A DNA stretch of 63,810 nt, counting the filler, from Reticulomyxa filosa (Eukaryota; Protista; Foraminifera), in assembly GCA_000512085.1 (NCBI GenBank). It is 18 parts of 18 records of this genome, joined end to end, with 100 filler letters (N's around TTAATTAATTAA, not from the genome) between each part and the next. Parts side by side here need not be neighbours in the genome. Positions count along the whole stretch, not along the records: positions 38,079 to 40,446 come from ASPP01007568.1; positions 40,547 to 41,689 come from ASPP01014222.1; positions 41,790 to 43,185 come from ASPP01023045.1; positions 43,286 to 44,530 come from ASPP01025084.1; positions 44,631 to 47,888 come from ASPP01020735.1; positions 47,989 to 49,194 come from ASPP01027122.1; positions 49,295 to 54,623 come from ASPP01004440.1; 11 more parts are not named here. One strand, 5' to 3'. Position numbers and translations under genes: made by a program. Shown here piece by piece: positions 38,159-50,635 of this stretch. Below the pieces are notes generated by a model. It searched no databases, was not told the origin of the DNA, and worked only from the letters and a program-made list of their open reading frames with translations. The first letter of the stretch is position 1; each line of letters opens with the position of its first letter.

Positions 38159-39230
38159 GGGGTGCACTGTCGTCTCCTGGGGTCGTAGAAAAAGAATGGA
38201 TAAATAAGCAGAGACAAAAAGAATCACAAAGTTTATTGGAAAACAAAAATGAAATGTTGAGTACCACGCCAAATCAGCCTGATGCAATCAATTTGGATTC
38301 GGGGCAAAATAATGTCTCGATCAGTTGAGAAATGTGTGTGTTCATTACAACAACAACAAAATAAATAAATGAATAAAAAACATATATATATATGTATATG
38401 CATATATGTATGTATATATAAAAGATATGTATAACATATGATAGATATCCCAGATCACATGATTCGACCCCAACGAGCACATTATTGTCCGGAATTGGGA
38501 AGCAACGTGTTGCGAATGGATCATTACTGTGTGTGGTTTAACAATGCCGTTGGACTCCGAAACTACAAATTTTTTATTTTGACTTTATTCTATCTGTTGG
38601 TCACAAGCGTGTGGATTCTGATTGTTAAATAAATAAATCAACACACTTTTTTTTTTTTTTTTTTTTTTTTTTTTCAAAACACATAATAATAATAATAATA
38701 ATACATAATAATAAACATAAACTGAATTAAAAAAATAGATAGTGACATACCGAAGTATTTACCCATATCACTTAATGGAGATTGAAAGATCACACATGTC
38801 ATCGTGGATGAATGCATGGCGTATATTTTGCCTTGGGTTGACAATCCTTTGCTCGTTGGTGTTCACGGTGTTCAGTTTTATGCATTTGAAAATCCATTGT
38901 TCAATTTTGACAAAGGGGCTGACCAGCATTGAAATGCATGGCTACCTCCACTCGCGCGAAATGGCACGATACTTCAATTTGGAACACGAATGGCCAGGTG
39001 TTCATATTTACGACTTGGGCACGTGGGAAAACGCCAAACGCATGCTCGGAAGCGATTGGTATTTCTGGCTTTTCCCCGTCGCCCCGACTCTCGAAGATGA
39101 TGGCTACGCTTACACCATCAACACCGACGCCTTGCAAAGCTCACGCGAATTCTCGCAAAAACTCGTAAAGAAAAAACAAGAAACCTGGGATCAAAAACGA
39201 GGAGGATATGTTATCAACATTGAGTCTTAA
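38159..39230 (+). CDS. DHHC-family palmitoyl acyltransferase, DHYC variant, 5'-truncated
   Basis: SPG (DPG-equivalent) exon, RPQRAHYC...LRMDHYCVWFNNAVGLRNYKFF, LTSIE (TTxE) and YDLGTWENAKRMLG..WYFWLFPV (PaCCT-like). Intron 38624-38738 splices in frame. Confidence 0.9.
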
Positions 39231-39935
39231 CACACGTATTGGTCTCAACTTTTCTTCAAATTTTTACAAAAAAGAAACTTTTTTTTTATTGTTATTAAAA
39301 CAAATAAAATAAAAATTTTTTAAAAAAAACACGGAAACTGGAAGCAATTAATTGTTACATTCATATGTTGTCAGGTGAAATGGTGTTTTTTTGTTTGCAC
39401 TCAAGTTGACTATCTCTGGATGCATGTTGTAAATTTACTGATGCTTTCATATGTTGCTTTTTTTTCCCTCAATTTGTTGTTGTGGTGATTCGTTTAAAGT
39501 ACAAACAACATATACCTTCTCTCATAAAAAAAAAAAGAGGTCTTAAAAAATAAACCGAACGACTAAGTCGTACCGCTTTTTTAACTATCTTATTTTTTTG
39601 GAGTATTGAGTTATTCGGAATTTTCTTTCTTGACTTGTATGTAAAACTACTCCACAAAAATTTATATCGCAGATTGCATCCTTGACAACCAGTTCAACAA
39701 ATTTAGACGATATTTGAGAAAAATGTTTCGAAAGACGAAAACGAATAATAAAGATTAAGACCATCATTCATAGCTTTGCAGTAAATTTCACAAATGACAC
39801 GCATTTTATATTTTTGGTGTTAGATTTGAAACAACAAAATTTATTATATCTTTTTTACTTGCTTTGAAAATTTATTCATTAAATTTTCAAGTGTTCTTTG
39901 TTGTGCAGCTTGTTTCACTAAAAAAAGTGATTGCA

Positions 39936-40446
39936 ATGTTTCGCCTTCAAACCTCAGCAAAATACAAGTCACTTTGTCATGCAAGCAATGGGACAAAACC
40001 TTTGACATTTCCACCACTTGTCAGTGTTGCAGTTCGAGGTTTTGCTGGAGGAGATGAAATTGTGAAACCAAAAGTGTACTCAAACGTATTTAACAAATGG
40101 ACAAGTCGTGACAAGAAAAGAGTATACTATTCCGTTTTCCCTCACGACTACAATGAGCCATGGCCTTTCCCACCAGTGTACAATCCGGATGGAAGCGACC
40201 GCAACGTCGATCCCGTCTGGGGGCTTAATGGAGAAGCCCCCCCATGTTCCATCACTGGTAAGCCTCGACGTGCTTTGGGACACTATCCATGGCTAGGCAG
40301 ACCTATTGTTCCCGTTGAGTATTTTTCTTACCATTTGTTAAGGAGTGTGCAGGGTTCGGATTAATCTCAATAGTATTGAAAAAAAAAGATAAAGGCTTGA
40401 AGGAGGAGGGGGGGGGGGGGGGTTACTACACTTTTTTTAAAAAAAA
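39936..40446 (+). CDS. Probable mitochondrion-targeted protein, 3'-truncated
   Basis: MFRLQTSAKYKSL...VAVRGFA presequence-like N-terminus with RxF cleavage-like site; donor GTTAAG near 40337. Confidence 0.5.
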
Positions 40447-40606
40447 NNNNNNNNNNNNNNNNNNNNNNNNNNNNNNNNNNNNNNNNNNNNTTAATTAATT
40501 AANNNNNNNNNNNNNNNNNNNNNNNNNNNNNNNNNNNNNNNNNNNNAAAAAAAAAAAAAAAGAAGGGAAAACCCTTTTTCAAAAATTTTTTTTTTTTTTT
40601 GAAAAT

Positions 40607-41508
40607 GTGAAAAAATTAGAAGTGAACGAAGAAACAATGAAAACAATGGACTTCAAAACGTTTTACAAATTGCAACGAAAAAAATGCGACAACAAGACGT
40701 TAGAGTCGCTGCTGATCCTGCCGATCCAACGACTGCCTCGCTACCGCATGCTGCTAAGCGAGATCGTGTCGCACACGGAGATGGACCACCCGGACTTGAC
40801 GCACCTGCAGACGGCGTTGAAGTTTGTGGAAGAGACGGCGAGCGTGACGAACGAGCGCATGAAAGAGTACGACGCGCGACAGATTGTGCGCGAAATCGAA
40901 GTGCGCTTCGTCAATCCGCCCAAGCCGTCGTTGGTGATCCCCCATCGCATTTTTGTGAAAGAGGGGACATTGATGCGCATTAACCGCAAAGGCGAGGAGT
41001 TGCCAACCACGTTCATCCTGTTCAACGACCTGTTGGTGTATGCAAGTCCATACAGCTTCGACGAAGCTAATGTGACACTTGCAGCACCGCCAGGAGAAGG
41101 AACAGGTACGGTAACAACTCCTACGTCGTCTGCTGCAACGCCGGCAACTAAACCGCGGAGGTCGGTAATCTCTTCATTCGCAGGAGGCAGCGATGACAAT
41201 CGTCTGAAGTGGATCAATTCGCTCGAAATCGATGACATCTTCCATGTCAAGCCTGACGAACGCTACGACAATCGTCTGCTCTTGTTCTATGCCAAAGACA
41301 AGTCCACTCTCGCCTATTGCCCCTCCGTCGCCGACAAAGACGAGTGGCTCTTCGAACTCCAAAAGGTCATTGCAAAAAAATCCTCGTCCGATAACAATCG
41401 CTGGGATCTATGCGCGCCGCTCTGGGTACCCGACACCTGGAGCAATGTCTGTCAAGTCGTCACTTGCGGAAGCAAGTTCACTTTTGTCAACCGAAAGCAT
41501 CATTGCAG
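40607..41508 (+). CDS. RhoGEF (DH)-PH-FYVE protein (FGD-like), internal fragment
   Basis: LESLLILPIQRLPRYRMLLSEI (DH CR3), RIFVKEGTL...FILFNDLLVYA...DKDEWLFEL (PH) and PLWVPD...CQVVTC..KFTFVNRKHHCR (FYVE). Confidence 0.92.
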
Positions 41509-41649
41509 GTTTCTCTATTTCCTTACTTTATATACACATATATGTATATGTATATGTCACAAAGGAGGATATGATGCTTTATAAGTATATATATATATAT
41601 ATATATATGTATACGTATATTTTTTTTTTTTTTTTGTGATTTCAATTGC

Positions 41650-41689
<40 letters not shown>

Positions 41690-42985
41690 NNNNNNNNNNN
41701 NNNNNNNNNNNNNNNNNNNNNNNNNNNNNNNNNTTAATTAATTAANNNNNNNNNNNNNNNNNNNNNNNNNNNNNNNNNNNNNNNNNNNNTACGACAATTC
41801 CATAAGCATTGGGTATTGAAAAGAAGATGTCCAGATATCTTGAAGCAAGTAGTGCTGTCTTGCATTGACGAGTAACCCAATATCAAATGAATTCAATCCA
41901 AATTCTTGAAGGACCAGCTTTGTTGCGGAAACTATCGGTCTTGCAAGAACTCGTCTCATCCAACACTGTGGAATGAACCAACTGAAAAGAAGACACAAAT
42001 CGGCCATTGAAAAGCAGAAGGCTTTTGGCAATATGTGGAGTAAAACATTGGTTGGAATGTTGGAAGCTCTTAAATATCAAAACATGAAGGGTTTCACCAA
42101 AACTGGAGATTCAGTCTTTTGCTGAAGAAGTACTACAGTGTTAATGAAATAGAAATAGTTTACAGTCTCCGCACCTGCAAAAAAAGACTACGGACAGTCA
42201 GTACTATTTTCACAATCGCATAAAGTTTGTGATGTTTTGGTGTGCTCAAAAAAAGCTACAAATTATCACAAGATGAAAGTATTGCATGTCCGGTATCTTT
42301 AGTATGCTCAGTAATGCATCAAGTAAAAAAAAGCAATGTTCAATTATTTATATCAAATGTAAATAATAAACAATGCTTTGCATCAATTGCTGGTAACGCC
42401 AATCTTCGTTTTTTCAAAGTGTTGTGATCTGCTGTTAAGTGATGTGTTAATACTTTATTTCTCCCTCTCTCACATTTGATCGATACAAACAAAATAGACT
42501 GGCCCAATACAAGATGGTTGCTGACATAAAAAGAATGAGGCACAAATATGGACGCAGACGATGGCGCAGAAAGAGAGTCAGACAGTGGAGATGGTGCAAA
42601 ATGTGCTCGACTGTTTTTCTGTAGTGTGTCTTAGTCTTGTTTTGTTTTCTTGTGTTGTCAGTGGTATTTGTTGGGATGGCGACAATTTGTTTGTTCGTTT
42701 TCAAACGCTGATTCAGCTTTTTAAAAAGAAACCAGTTTGTTCTTCTGTCAGTGGTGTCAGTTTGTTATCGGAGAATTTTTGGAAAAAATCTTCTTTGTTT
42801 TAAAATAAAGATATCAAAAAACATATAACATAATTTTTTAAAACAGACAAAATTGTAAACACATCACAATGTGAAATGCTCACGCAATCAAATTTTCAAA
42901 AAAAATTCTATTTCTCACTTTTACAAAAAAAAAAAAAAAGGAGAGAACAAAGGGAAAAAAATATCAAAAAAAAAGATAATATAAC

Positions 42986-43185
42986 ATGGACGAGATAAAA
43001 GATAATGTGCCGAAGCAACATCGTCGAATGTCCTATGATTCGGTTAAAATCGCAATGCCAGGCCAAGGGATGCAACATCGAGGTTCGGTGAGTAAAGTGA
43101 GCACAGCTTTGTTATCAAAGTACGTGTTATCATTGACAGACGAGCAGAGGAACGGGTTGGTGAAGACATCGGCGGACTTGACGAC
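42986..43185 (+). CDS. 5' end of a hypothetical protein
   Basis: ATG after an A-rich leader; open to the contig end with coding-like composition. Confidence 0.4.
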
Positions 43186-46100
43186 NNNNNNNNNNNNNNN
43201 NNNNNNNNNNNNNNNNNNNNNNNNNNNNNTTAATTAATTAANNNNNNNNNNNNNNNNNNNNNNNNNNNNNNNNNNNNNNNNNNNNTTCTTTCTCCTAGGC
43301 GTGATACTCAATGGCACTTATGCCTCAAACAAAAATATCTCGCACTATGGACACAATGGCTCGCATTCTCAAATCCACAAGTTTCTCATACTCATATCCA
43401 AAATATCGCGCAAATTATTTGATGACAATATCAACGATTTGAATGGTTCGCTACAAATGTACAAATAATTTAAATGGCTATTCAAACGCAAACGTCGCTT
43501 ATATCTTGTGATATCACCAAGTTACTTTTATTTATTTTATTTTATTGTCATTGCAATAATGGACATTATTTTTTTAATGTTGATTATGTATAGTACATGT
43601 TATGATAAAAATTGCGCGAATTGTTGGAAGAGATGAACTGCGACAAATGAATACTTGTGGTTATGTACCAATGCGAGCGATCATTGCAATTGCAAATGCA
43701 AAGAGAAGGTAAATCTTTAGTTTTTTTGTTTTGTTTAACCTGTAACTATAATCGAATGCTGTTTACAATATAGTCCCCCCCCAATGTCAAGCAAAGAAAA
43801 GAAGAATACGGGGTAGAAACAACCCCGTCTCCGAAAGGAGAAACAAAAGTTTGTTTTATTTATTTATTTATTTATTAACATGTTCAAGTGTGGTGTGTTG
43901 CATGTTGTGTAAATAGGTTCCCCCGTCCGTCAATTCAAAGTATTTCTATGTCCCCCTGCCCTACATACAAAAAAAAAAAAGAATCAGGGTTGAAATCCAC
44001 CCCGCATCCACGAGGAGAAATAACAGTTTGTAATATTTATATTTATTTATATGAACATCATATTCTATTGTTATATATGTTGTGTTTGTGAAGCAATAGG
44101 AATTCCCCTACCAAAGAAACATATATATGTATATATTTTTATTTGTTTGTTTCAGTACCTCAAAAAAATTTGAAGTCACAGGAAAAAATAAAATAGAAGT
44201 GGATATTGTGTTCCTTATCACAGGTATAAATATATTTTTTTCTTTAAAAAATTATAAGTATACTTTGTTTGTTTGTATGTATAGACGTCCAGAATCAAGA
44301 AAAGTACCAAATGTTATGTATCTTTAAATGGTGGGTTTGTAGAAAAAGGGGTGAAATTATTAATGGAATGGGGAAAAAAGTGGAAAAAAAAAAAGAAATG
44401 GAATAATAAAAAAGAAAAAAAAATTGTTGAAGAAAAAAATATATTAATAAAAAAAAATGGAATAATAAATAAGAAAAAAAAAGAGAAAAAAAGGAAAAAG
44501 GAAAAATGAAATTAAAAAAAAGAAAAAAGTNNNNNNNNNNNNNNNNNNNNNNNNNNNNNNNNNNNNNNNNNNNNTTAATTAATTAANNNNNNNNNNNNNN
44601 NNNNNNNNNNNNNNNNNNNNNNNNNNNNNNCTTTTTCTTTGAGATGATCTTTGATGTGCAAAGATGATGAAAGATGCTTTTCAGCTTTTTTTTAGGCACG
44701 AAGGGTTAATAAAAAATTGAAATGAATTTGTTTTATTTAATAATATAAACTTTGTAATGAGAAATAAGTATTTCATTTTGTAAAATTTAGACATAACAAA
44801 CAATAAGACCTATTTCTTTAAATTTATTTTAATTTGAACACTTATAAATGTTTCGACAGATGACTTGATCCACCATTTTACATCGATATTAACATTGATT
44901 TTCAAAGCCTTAATTAATTTATCAAAAATTAGCAAGGTTTTATCAAAGTATAGAAACATTTAACAATTGACAAACCACAAATTTAAATATAAAGAAAAAT
45001 TAGTTGTGAAAACATCACTTGGTAATTAGCAATAAATTGTCAGGTCAGTTTTTGCACCTCTTTCATTTTACTGAAATTCCTTCAAAAAAAGAGACAATTT
45101 TGAGACTTTTCTAATTAAAGACTTGATGATGTACAGCCTTTGAGGTAATTTTTTAAATAATGCAGCGAATAAATTGCTTTTACAAAAGAATTTATTGCTT
45201 TCTTGGGCGTAAATTTTCTTGCCGCTTGTCCTGTCTCGTTCAAAAATTTTATCAAACATTGTTCAGCAACGACTGATCAATTCCATCGCGTTATTTGCAA
45301 CCTGGTCGTCTAATAACACCAGAATTTTAAAATTACTTTGTTTATTCAAAGCAGATACCATTCTTTATTGTAACAATCGTTAAGAAAGGGAAAGTTTTTC
45401 GCAAATCATTTTTTGTTTTTTAAATATAAATTGTAAATTATTGTTGTTTAAGAATAATATATTTCACTCCAACTTTTCAACAATTTTTGGAGTAGCTTTT
45501 GTTGGAAAAAACAGAACTTTCTGTCATTTCTGGATTGTAGTGAAATTTTTTTGTTACATTAATTTGTGTTCTGTTTCTGTTTTGTTTTGAAATACTTGGA
45601 AAAAAGAAATTTTCTATTTTACAATTATTAGATACACAATTCAGTCTTTACAAACAGATCATTGCAAGTTCAAGAATATTGGAACTTTGCATAAATAAAA
45701 AATAGTTTTTTTAATTATTATTTGTTGAATTGAAAAACCTACCAGGATTTTTTTTGAAAAGAAGAAAAAGCGACAAAGTTTTAAAATAATACAAAATATT
45801 CAAGTTGTTCTTTTTTTCAAAAGGAGGATAGCATGAAAAAAAGTTAATCCTTTCAGAAAAAAAATTCAATGTCTAAATTTGAATTTGAATTATTTTATTG
45901 AAAGGACTGTATATTATGATGTGATTTATTCTTTGCATTTTCTTTGAAGTGAAAAAGAGATTAACAAAATTTTTTGCAACGATAATAAATCTTTCTGATC
46001 TAATTTTCCTTGAATGATAAATGATAAAATATTGCCTAGAACATTTGAATCATGCAAAAGGAGCAGTCAAAAATCTTATACAAATCAGTATCACTAATGA

Positions 46101-47817
46101 TTGTTTATTCAAACAATACAATCCGAAATTAAATATTTTCCTTATTCAGTCGTAAAAAAAAGAACAAGAAGAAAAAAATAATCAAGAACAATACATTGAT
46201 TTTTTGACTTTTTGTTATTTTCAACGAACTATTTGAATATGCCATTAAACATAGTCAAAGAAAACTTGTCTTTAGAGATATTAATTTAACTATTGATGTT
46301 TCAAAAGTTCACTATCAATATTGAAAATAATAACGCACCAATATTTATGCAACTGAAAAGTGGATATTGAGGGTTTGTATAAGCAGGAAAAATGTATAGA
46401 ATAAAATGATCGTTTGAATCAAGACACAACCCTTAGAGATATAAGAATGATATTTTATTGATATTTCTAAAATAGAATTATTATACAATTTCTACTCCGA
46501 AAAAGTTAGAATGTTCCTTACATATTCAACAAAATCGGAGTGAAACAAAAAAAAAGGAAATTTTTATTGATAACAAATAAATAAAACATGTAACTCTTTA
46601 GAAACATTTTCAATCAAAGAATATGATTTGCATCAGGTGCAGATTTTGAGCAAGTGTTTGTAACTATTGAATGGTTTTTGCAATATATCGGATTCAAAAA
46701 GAAAATGTGATAATTGGTATTATCAATATCATCATATTCAATTACTACATCTGTGGAAATTATCAAGAAGTGATTAATCTACAACCAATGTATTTTATAT
46801 TTGTTTATTTTGTTGTTGTTAATAAAACAAATGATATAATATATAAATATATAAATGATATAACCAATCATTTTAAATAGATATAAAACAAGACATTGGA
46901 TTAAAGACAAAGTGTGTATGTTATGGAATGGAAAATAAAAAGAATATAAAAGTGTATTTGATTATGAACATCGGACAATAATGTTATTTGATGAAAATAA
47001 ATTAAAAATAAAATCATTACAACTTGGAAATCCAAACAAATCATCATTGGAATTCAATGTAAGTATTCAATGGTACAATGACATCGATCGATGATACATA
47101 TGCCAAATTGACTTGCCTCATTCTCAATTATACTTGGCACTTCCGCACAATGGGTGTATATAATAGAAATGAATTGTCAAATTGTGTATCAGTTAATGAA
47201 AGAAAAACATACAAATGTCTTTATCAATTATCAAATATAAATTGTCAATTATTTGTTAATTTTCCAATTGTTAAATTATTATACTTACGTTTCAAACACA
47301 GAAGTTCAACTCTTTCCATATCATTTGGAAAGATCAAAGTGATAATATAACACATAAAGAGCAATTGAATCCATATTTAATCACTTTCAAACAAAGAAAA
47401 GAGCATGACAAAAAGCCTTTATTAGTAACAAAAAAGAGATTACAATGGCCGATTAGTTTTTTCAATCAATTATTGAATTTTTTTGTTTCATAAAAGAATG
47501 CATCGTAAGAAAGAAAGCGTTACTTTAATTCTGCATCAAGTTTATTGACTAGTTCTTGGAAAAAAAAAAGTAATTAGTATTTTATTTGAGTCACTAAATA
47601 ATAAGTATATTTTCATCTTTATCTTTTCACAAAAACAAAAAAAGACATTCATTTAACTCTTGAATTTAATTTTTTTACTTTTCAAAAGGTTATTCACGCA
47701 ACTTTTTTTTAAAGAAAAGTTAAAACTACTCAACATTAACAGCATGAATAATCGAATTACAACACAAAAATCTCATGATTAAGCATTCCAGTTTTAAAAA
47801 AAAGCAAAGGAAGGGAA

Positions 47818-47888
47818 AAGCGAAAAAAAAAGAATCAGATCAGGCGGCGCCTTCAGGCGCCGCCCGAATTGACTCTTTCTTTTTGCTT
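47818..47888. repeat. GC-rich hairpin / palindromic element at contig end
   Basis: Perfect arms GGCGGCGCCT (47843-47852) and AGGCGCCGCC (47855-47864), with imperfect extension into the flanks. Confidence 0.75.
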
Positions 47889-48006
47889 NNNNNNNNNNNN
47901 NNNNNNNNNNNNNNNNNNNNNNNNNNNNNNNNTTAATTAATTAANNNNNNNNNNNNNNNNNNNNNNNNNNNNNNNNNNNNNNNNNNNNATAATACAAATA
48001 TATATT

Positions 48007-48537
48007 ATGGAAGGAGTATCCGGCGAGGAAGGCAAGTTGAAGCTATTGTCACTGTCGAATAACAAGTTATACCGAACGTCATTTTTGGATCATTTGAAAT
48101 CGTTTCCGAAATTGGAGACATTGCAATTTTCCGAGAACGAGTTGAACGGCAGCGTCCCTTGGGCGCAAGTATCACAGACATTGATGCAGTTGCAGCTGCA
48201 GTCGAACCAATTAACTGGGCCATTGACAATGCCAGACGTGACATTTCCAAACCTGCAATGCCTATCATTGGATAACAACCAGTTTACGGGGAAAATGGAG
48301 TGGAATGAGATATGGAGGCAGTTTCCAAATTTGGAGGGACTGTATCTCTCCTGGAATAATATAAGTGGGGCGTTGAATTGGAGTCAGTTCCCTCCGGGAA
48401 AGCCTCTTTGGTATCTCGACATTCGCAACAACAATTTTTCAGGGACGTTGGAGTTCGAAGGTATGCCAAGCATGCTGTCATTGTTTCGAGTCGATGGCAA
48501 TGGATTCATTGGAGACTTGAATCTCACGGCATTATAC
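48007..48537 (+). CDS. Leucine-rich repeat region (plant-type LxxLxLxxNxLxGxxP repeats)
   Basis: LETLQFSENELNGSVP, LQCLSLDNNQFTGKM, LEGLYLSWNNISGAL and LWYLDIRNNNFSGTL. Confidence 0.85.
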
Positions 48538-48552
48538 GTATGGCTAAGGAGA

Positions 48553-49194
48553 ATGGACACCAAAGGAGATATCATCGATGCCGTACGCTCCGAAAAACTC
48601 GCCAATAAGTACAAGGAGTTCAAGGAACTCTATACCAAACTGGTCCATGGCCATTTAGACGAAAACAGCAAACTCACTACATTAGTCAATAACACCAAAA
48701 TGATCACTCGGAGCATTGAACAAAAACCTGGCGCCGTACAATGGGACGCCGGTGTGCGAGGAGAGGTCGTCTCTTTATACGCACATTTTCGCACTGTGGA
48801 CACTGTAAAACGCACAATTTTATTCGATGATGAGAAAAAGTCAGCAGACACTTTACACGTGGTTCGTGCCAAAGTGTTATTGATTGATGAAGTTGATGTA
48901 TTTTTCAATAAAGAGTTTTATGGTAGTTGCTATTCGCCTGCTGCCACTTTGTGACATGATAGCATCACAAAACTCATTGATTATATATGGAACAATAAAA
49001 AGTCATTTTTAAAGTTGAGATGTGAAGCAATCCAATGAATATAAAGAGTGTTGCAAAGTGCTAAAAGGATGGCAGACATTGCTAGATGAGGCAATCAAAG
49101 ATATGTTGGATGATATTCAAAAATTTGAATCTCATCGATATCAAATAAGCAATGACAAAATTGGATACAAAGAACAAGATAGCATTTGTTATAA
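48553..49194 (+). pseudogene. Degraded SecA-like SF2 helicase family fragment
   Basis: WDAGVR, frameshifted HIFALWTL*, Walker-B VLLIDEVDVFF, in-frame TGA at 48952 followed by continuing coding-like sequence (KIGYKEQDSI). No Walker A is seen. Confidence 0.6.
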
Positions 49195-49349
49195 NNNNNN
49201 NNNNNNNNNNNNNNNNNNNNNNNNNNNNNNNNNNNNNNTTAATTAATTAANNNNNNNNNNNNNNNNNNNNNNNNNNNNNNNNNNNNNNNNNNNNATATAT
49301 ATATATATATATATATATGTATATGTATATGCATATGTTAATGTTGAAT

Positions 49350-50635
49350 AGATATCCTACCCCACTCCGAAGTCATTGGCATCTCTCAATTGGGTCAAAG
49401 GCCTCCGCAGACATTGCCCCTCCACAAAATGCTCGGCACGGCCCCTGCGACAATAATAACGCCCGAGTTTGCGTACCGACTTGGACTGACCGAGCTGGAG
49501 ATGGAAAAGGACTTGAACGACGTGGAGCAGGAGCTGGAAAAGGTGGACACCACGGCAGATACCACTCACAACTACCCTTATCTAGGAGCCGATCAGCAGC
49601 CCGTCGCCGTCGGGCAGAACGCCGACTCCAGTGATGAAACGACCTCTTCCGAGTCAGAGCAGCCTGCTCCTCCCGCGCATCCTGGTTTGCATCCCAATTG
49701 CAACCAGGTATATACGTATATACATATATATGTATATATATGTATATATGTATGTGCATGTTTTATTATTTATTATTATTATTATTTAAAAAAACATGCA
49801 TTGATTGAGACTTGTTGTTGTATACGTAACCATTAAACCCAACATTTTTTTTTTTTTTTTATTTGCTTGTTTGAAAATAGTGCCGAAAAAGTCACGCCGA
49901 AGACGGAAGAAAAACAAGTGGCGAGAACAAGCGCAGCAACGATTTCGTGCGTTTGGCCGTGGTGTGGAGAAGTCGTTTTTGAAACTGCGAATTGGACCAA
50001 AGCGGACGCAAGGGAGAGACAGAGATAGAGGCAGTGGCAGCGACACGGACGGAGAGAAAGAAAAGGAGTCTGCAGCTCATGCGGCAGTGGGCACCGACGA
50101 AAACATGATTGAAATGCGTGAATTCCCGCGCCAACACAGTGCGTTGCGAAACATTGCCGAGGACGTGGAAATGGAAGAAAAGTATCCTCACTCGTTTCCG
50201 ACGGCCGATGATTATAACGAATTCGATAGCGACAACAATATGAGTCCCGATGCCGATTTTCGTCAGATCAAACATAAAGACAGCTCCGTCGACGAAGTCG
50301 ATTTCGCTTCCGAAAAGACGGCGCAAGATGCTCATTCGAAAAAAGTTGATGGAGGAGGAGGAGGAGGAGGAGGAGTGATCTCGAAATCATCGTCAATCAA
50401 TGATGACAGCGAACCAAAGAAGAAAAAATATGGCGGGTTGTCATTGAATCTGCTTACAAGATATTCTTTGAATAAAAACGTCACCAATATCACTTCCCAG
50501 CCCAAGCCTAAAGAACATGAGTCTGAGTCGCCACATTCCGATAGTGATGAGGATCATCGTGCTATTGTTATCAACGTCACTGAAGATCACAATAAAAAAA
50601 GTCAGGGGGATGACCCTACCGCTGAACGCACATAA
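49350..50635 (+). CDS. C-terminal fragment of a hypothetical low-complexity protein (2 exons)
   Basis: GC-richer exons about 49350-49707 and 49880-50635 separated by a (TA)n-rich GT-AG intron. Confidence 0.55.

Noticed and set aside
41790-42800. Moderately GC-rich coding-like sequence
   Set aside because: No frame gave a recognisable motif; possibly a decayed gene but unsupported.
43120-43185. SLTDEQRNGLVKTS resembles a globin A-helix
   Set aside because: Too short and truncated by the contig end.
43286-44330. Short exon-like blocks including EVDIVFLIT (vWA-like strand)
   Set aside because: No DxSxS MIDAS motif and no consistent spliced frame could be built.
44631-47800. Short ORFs in an AT-rich contig
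   Set aside because: No motifs; consistent with intergenic or heavily decayed sequence.
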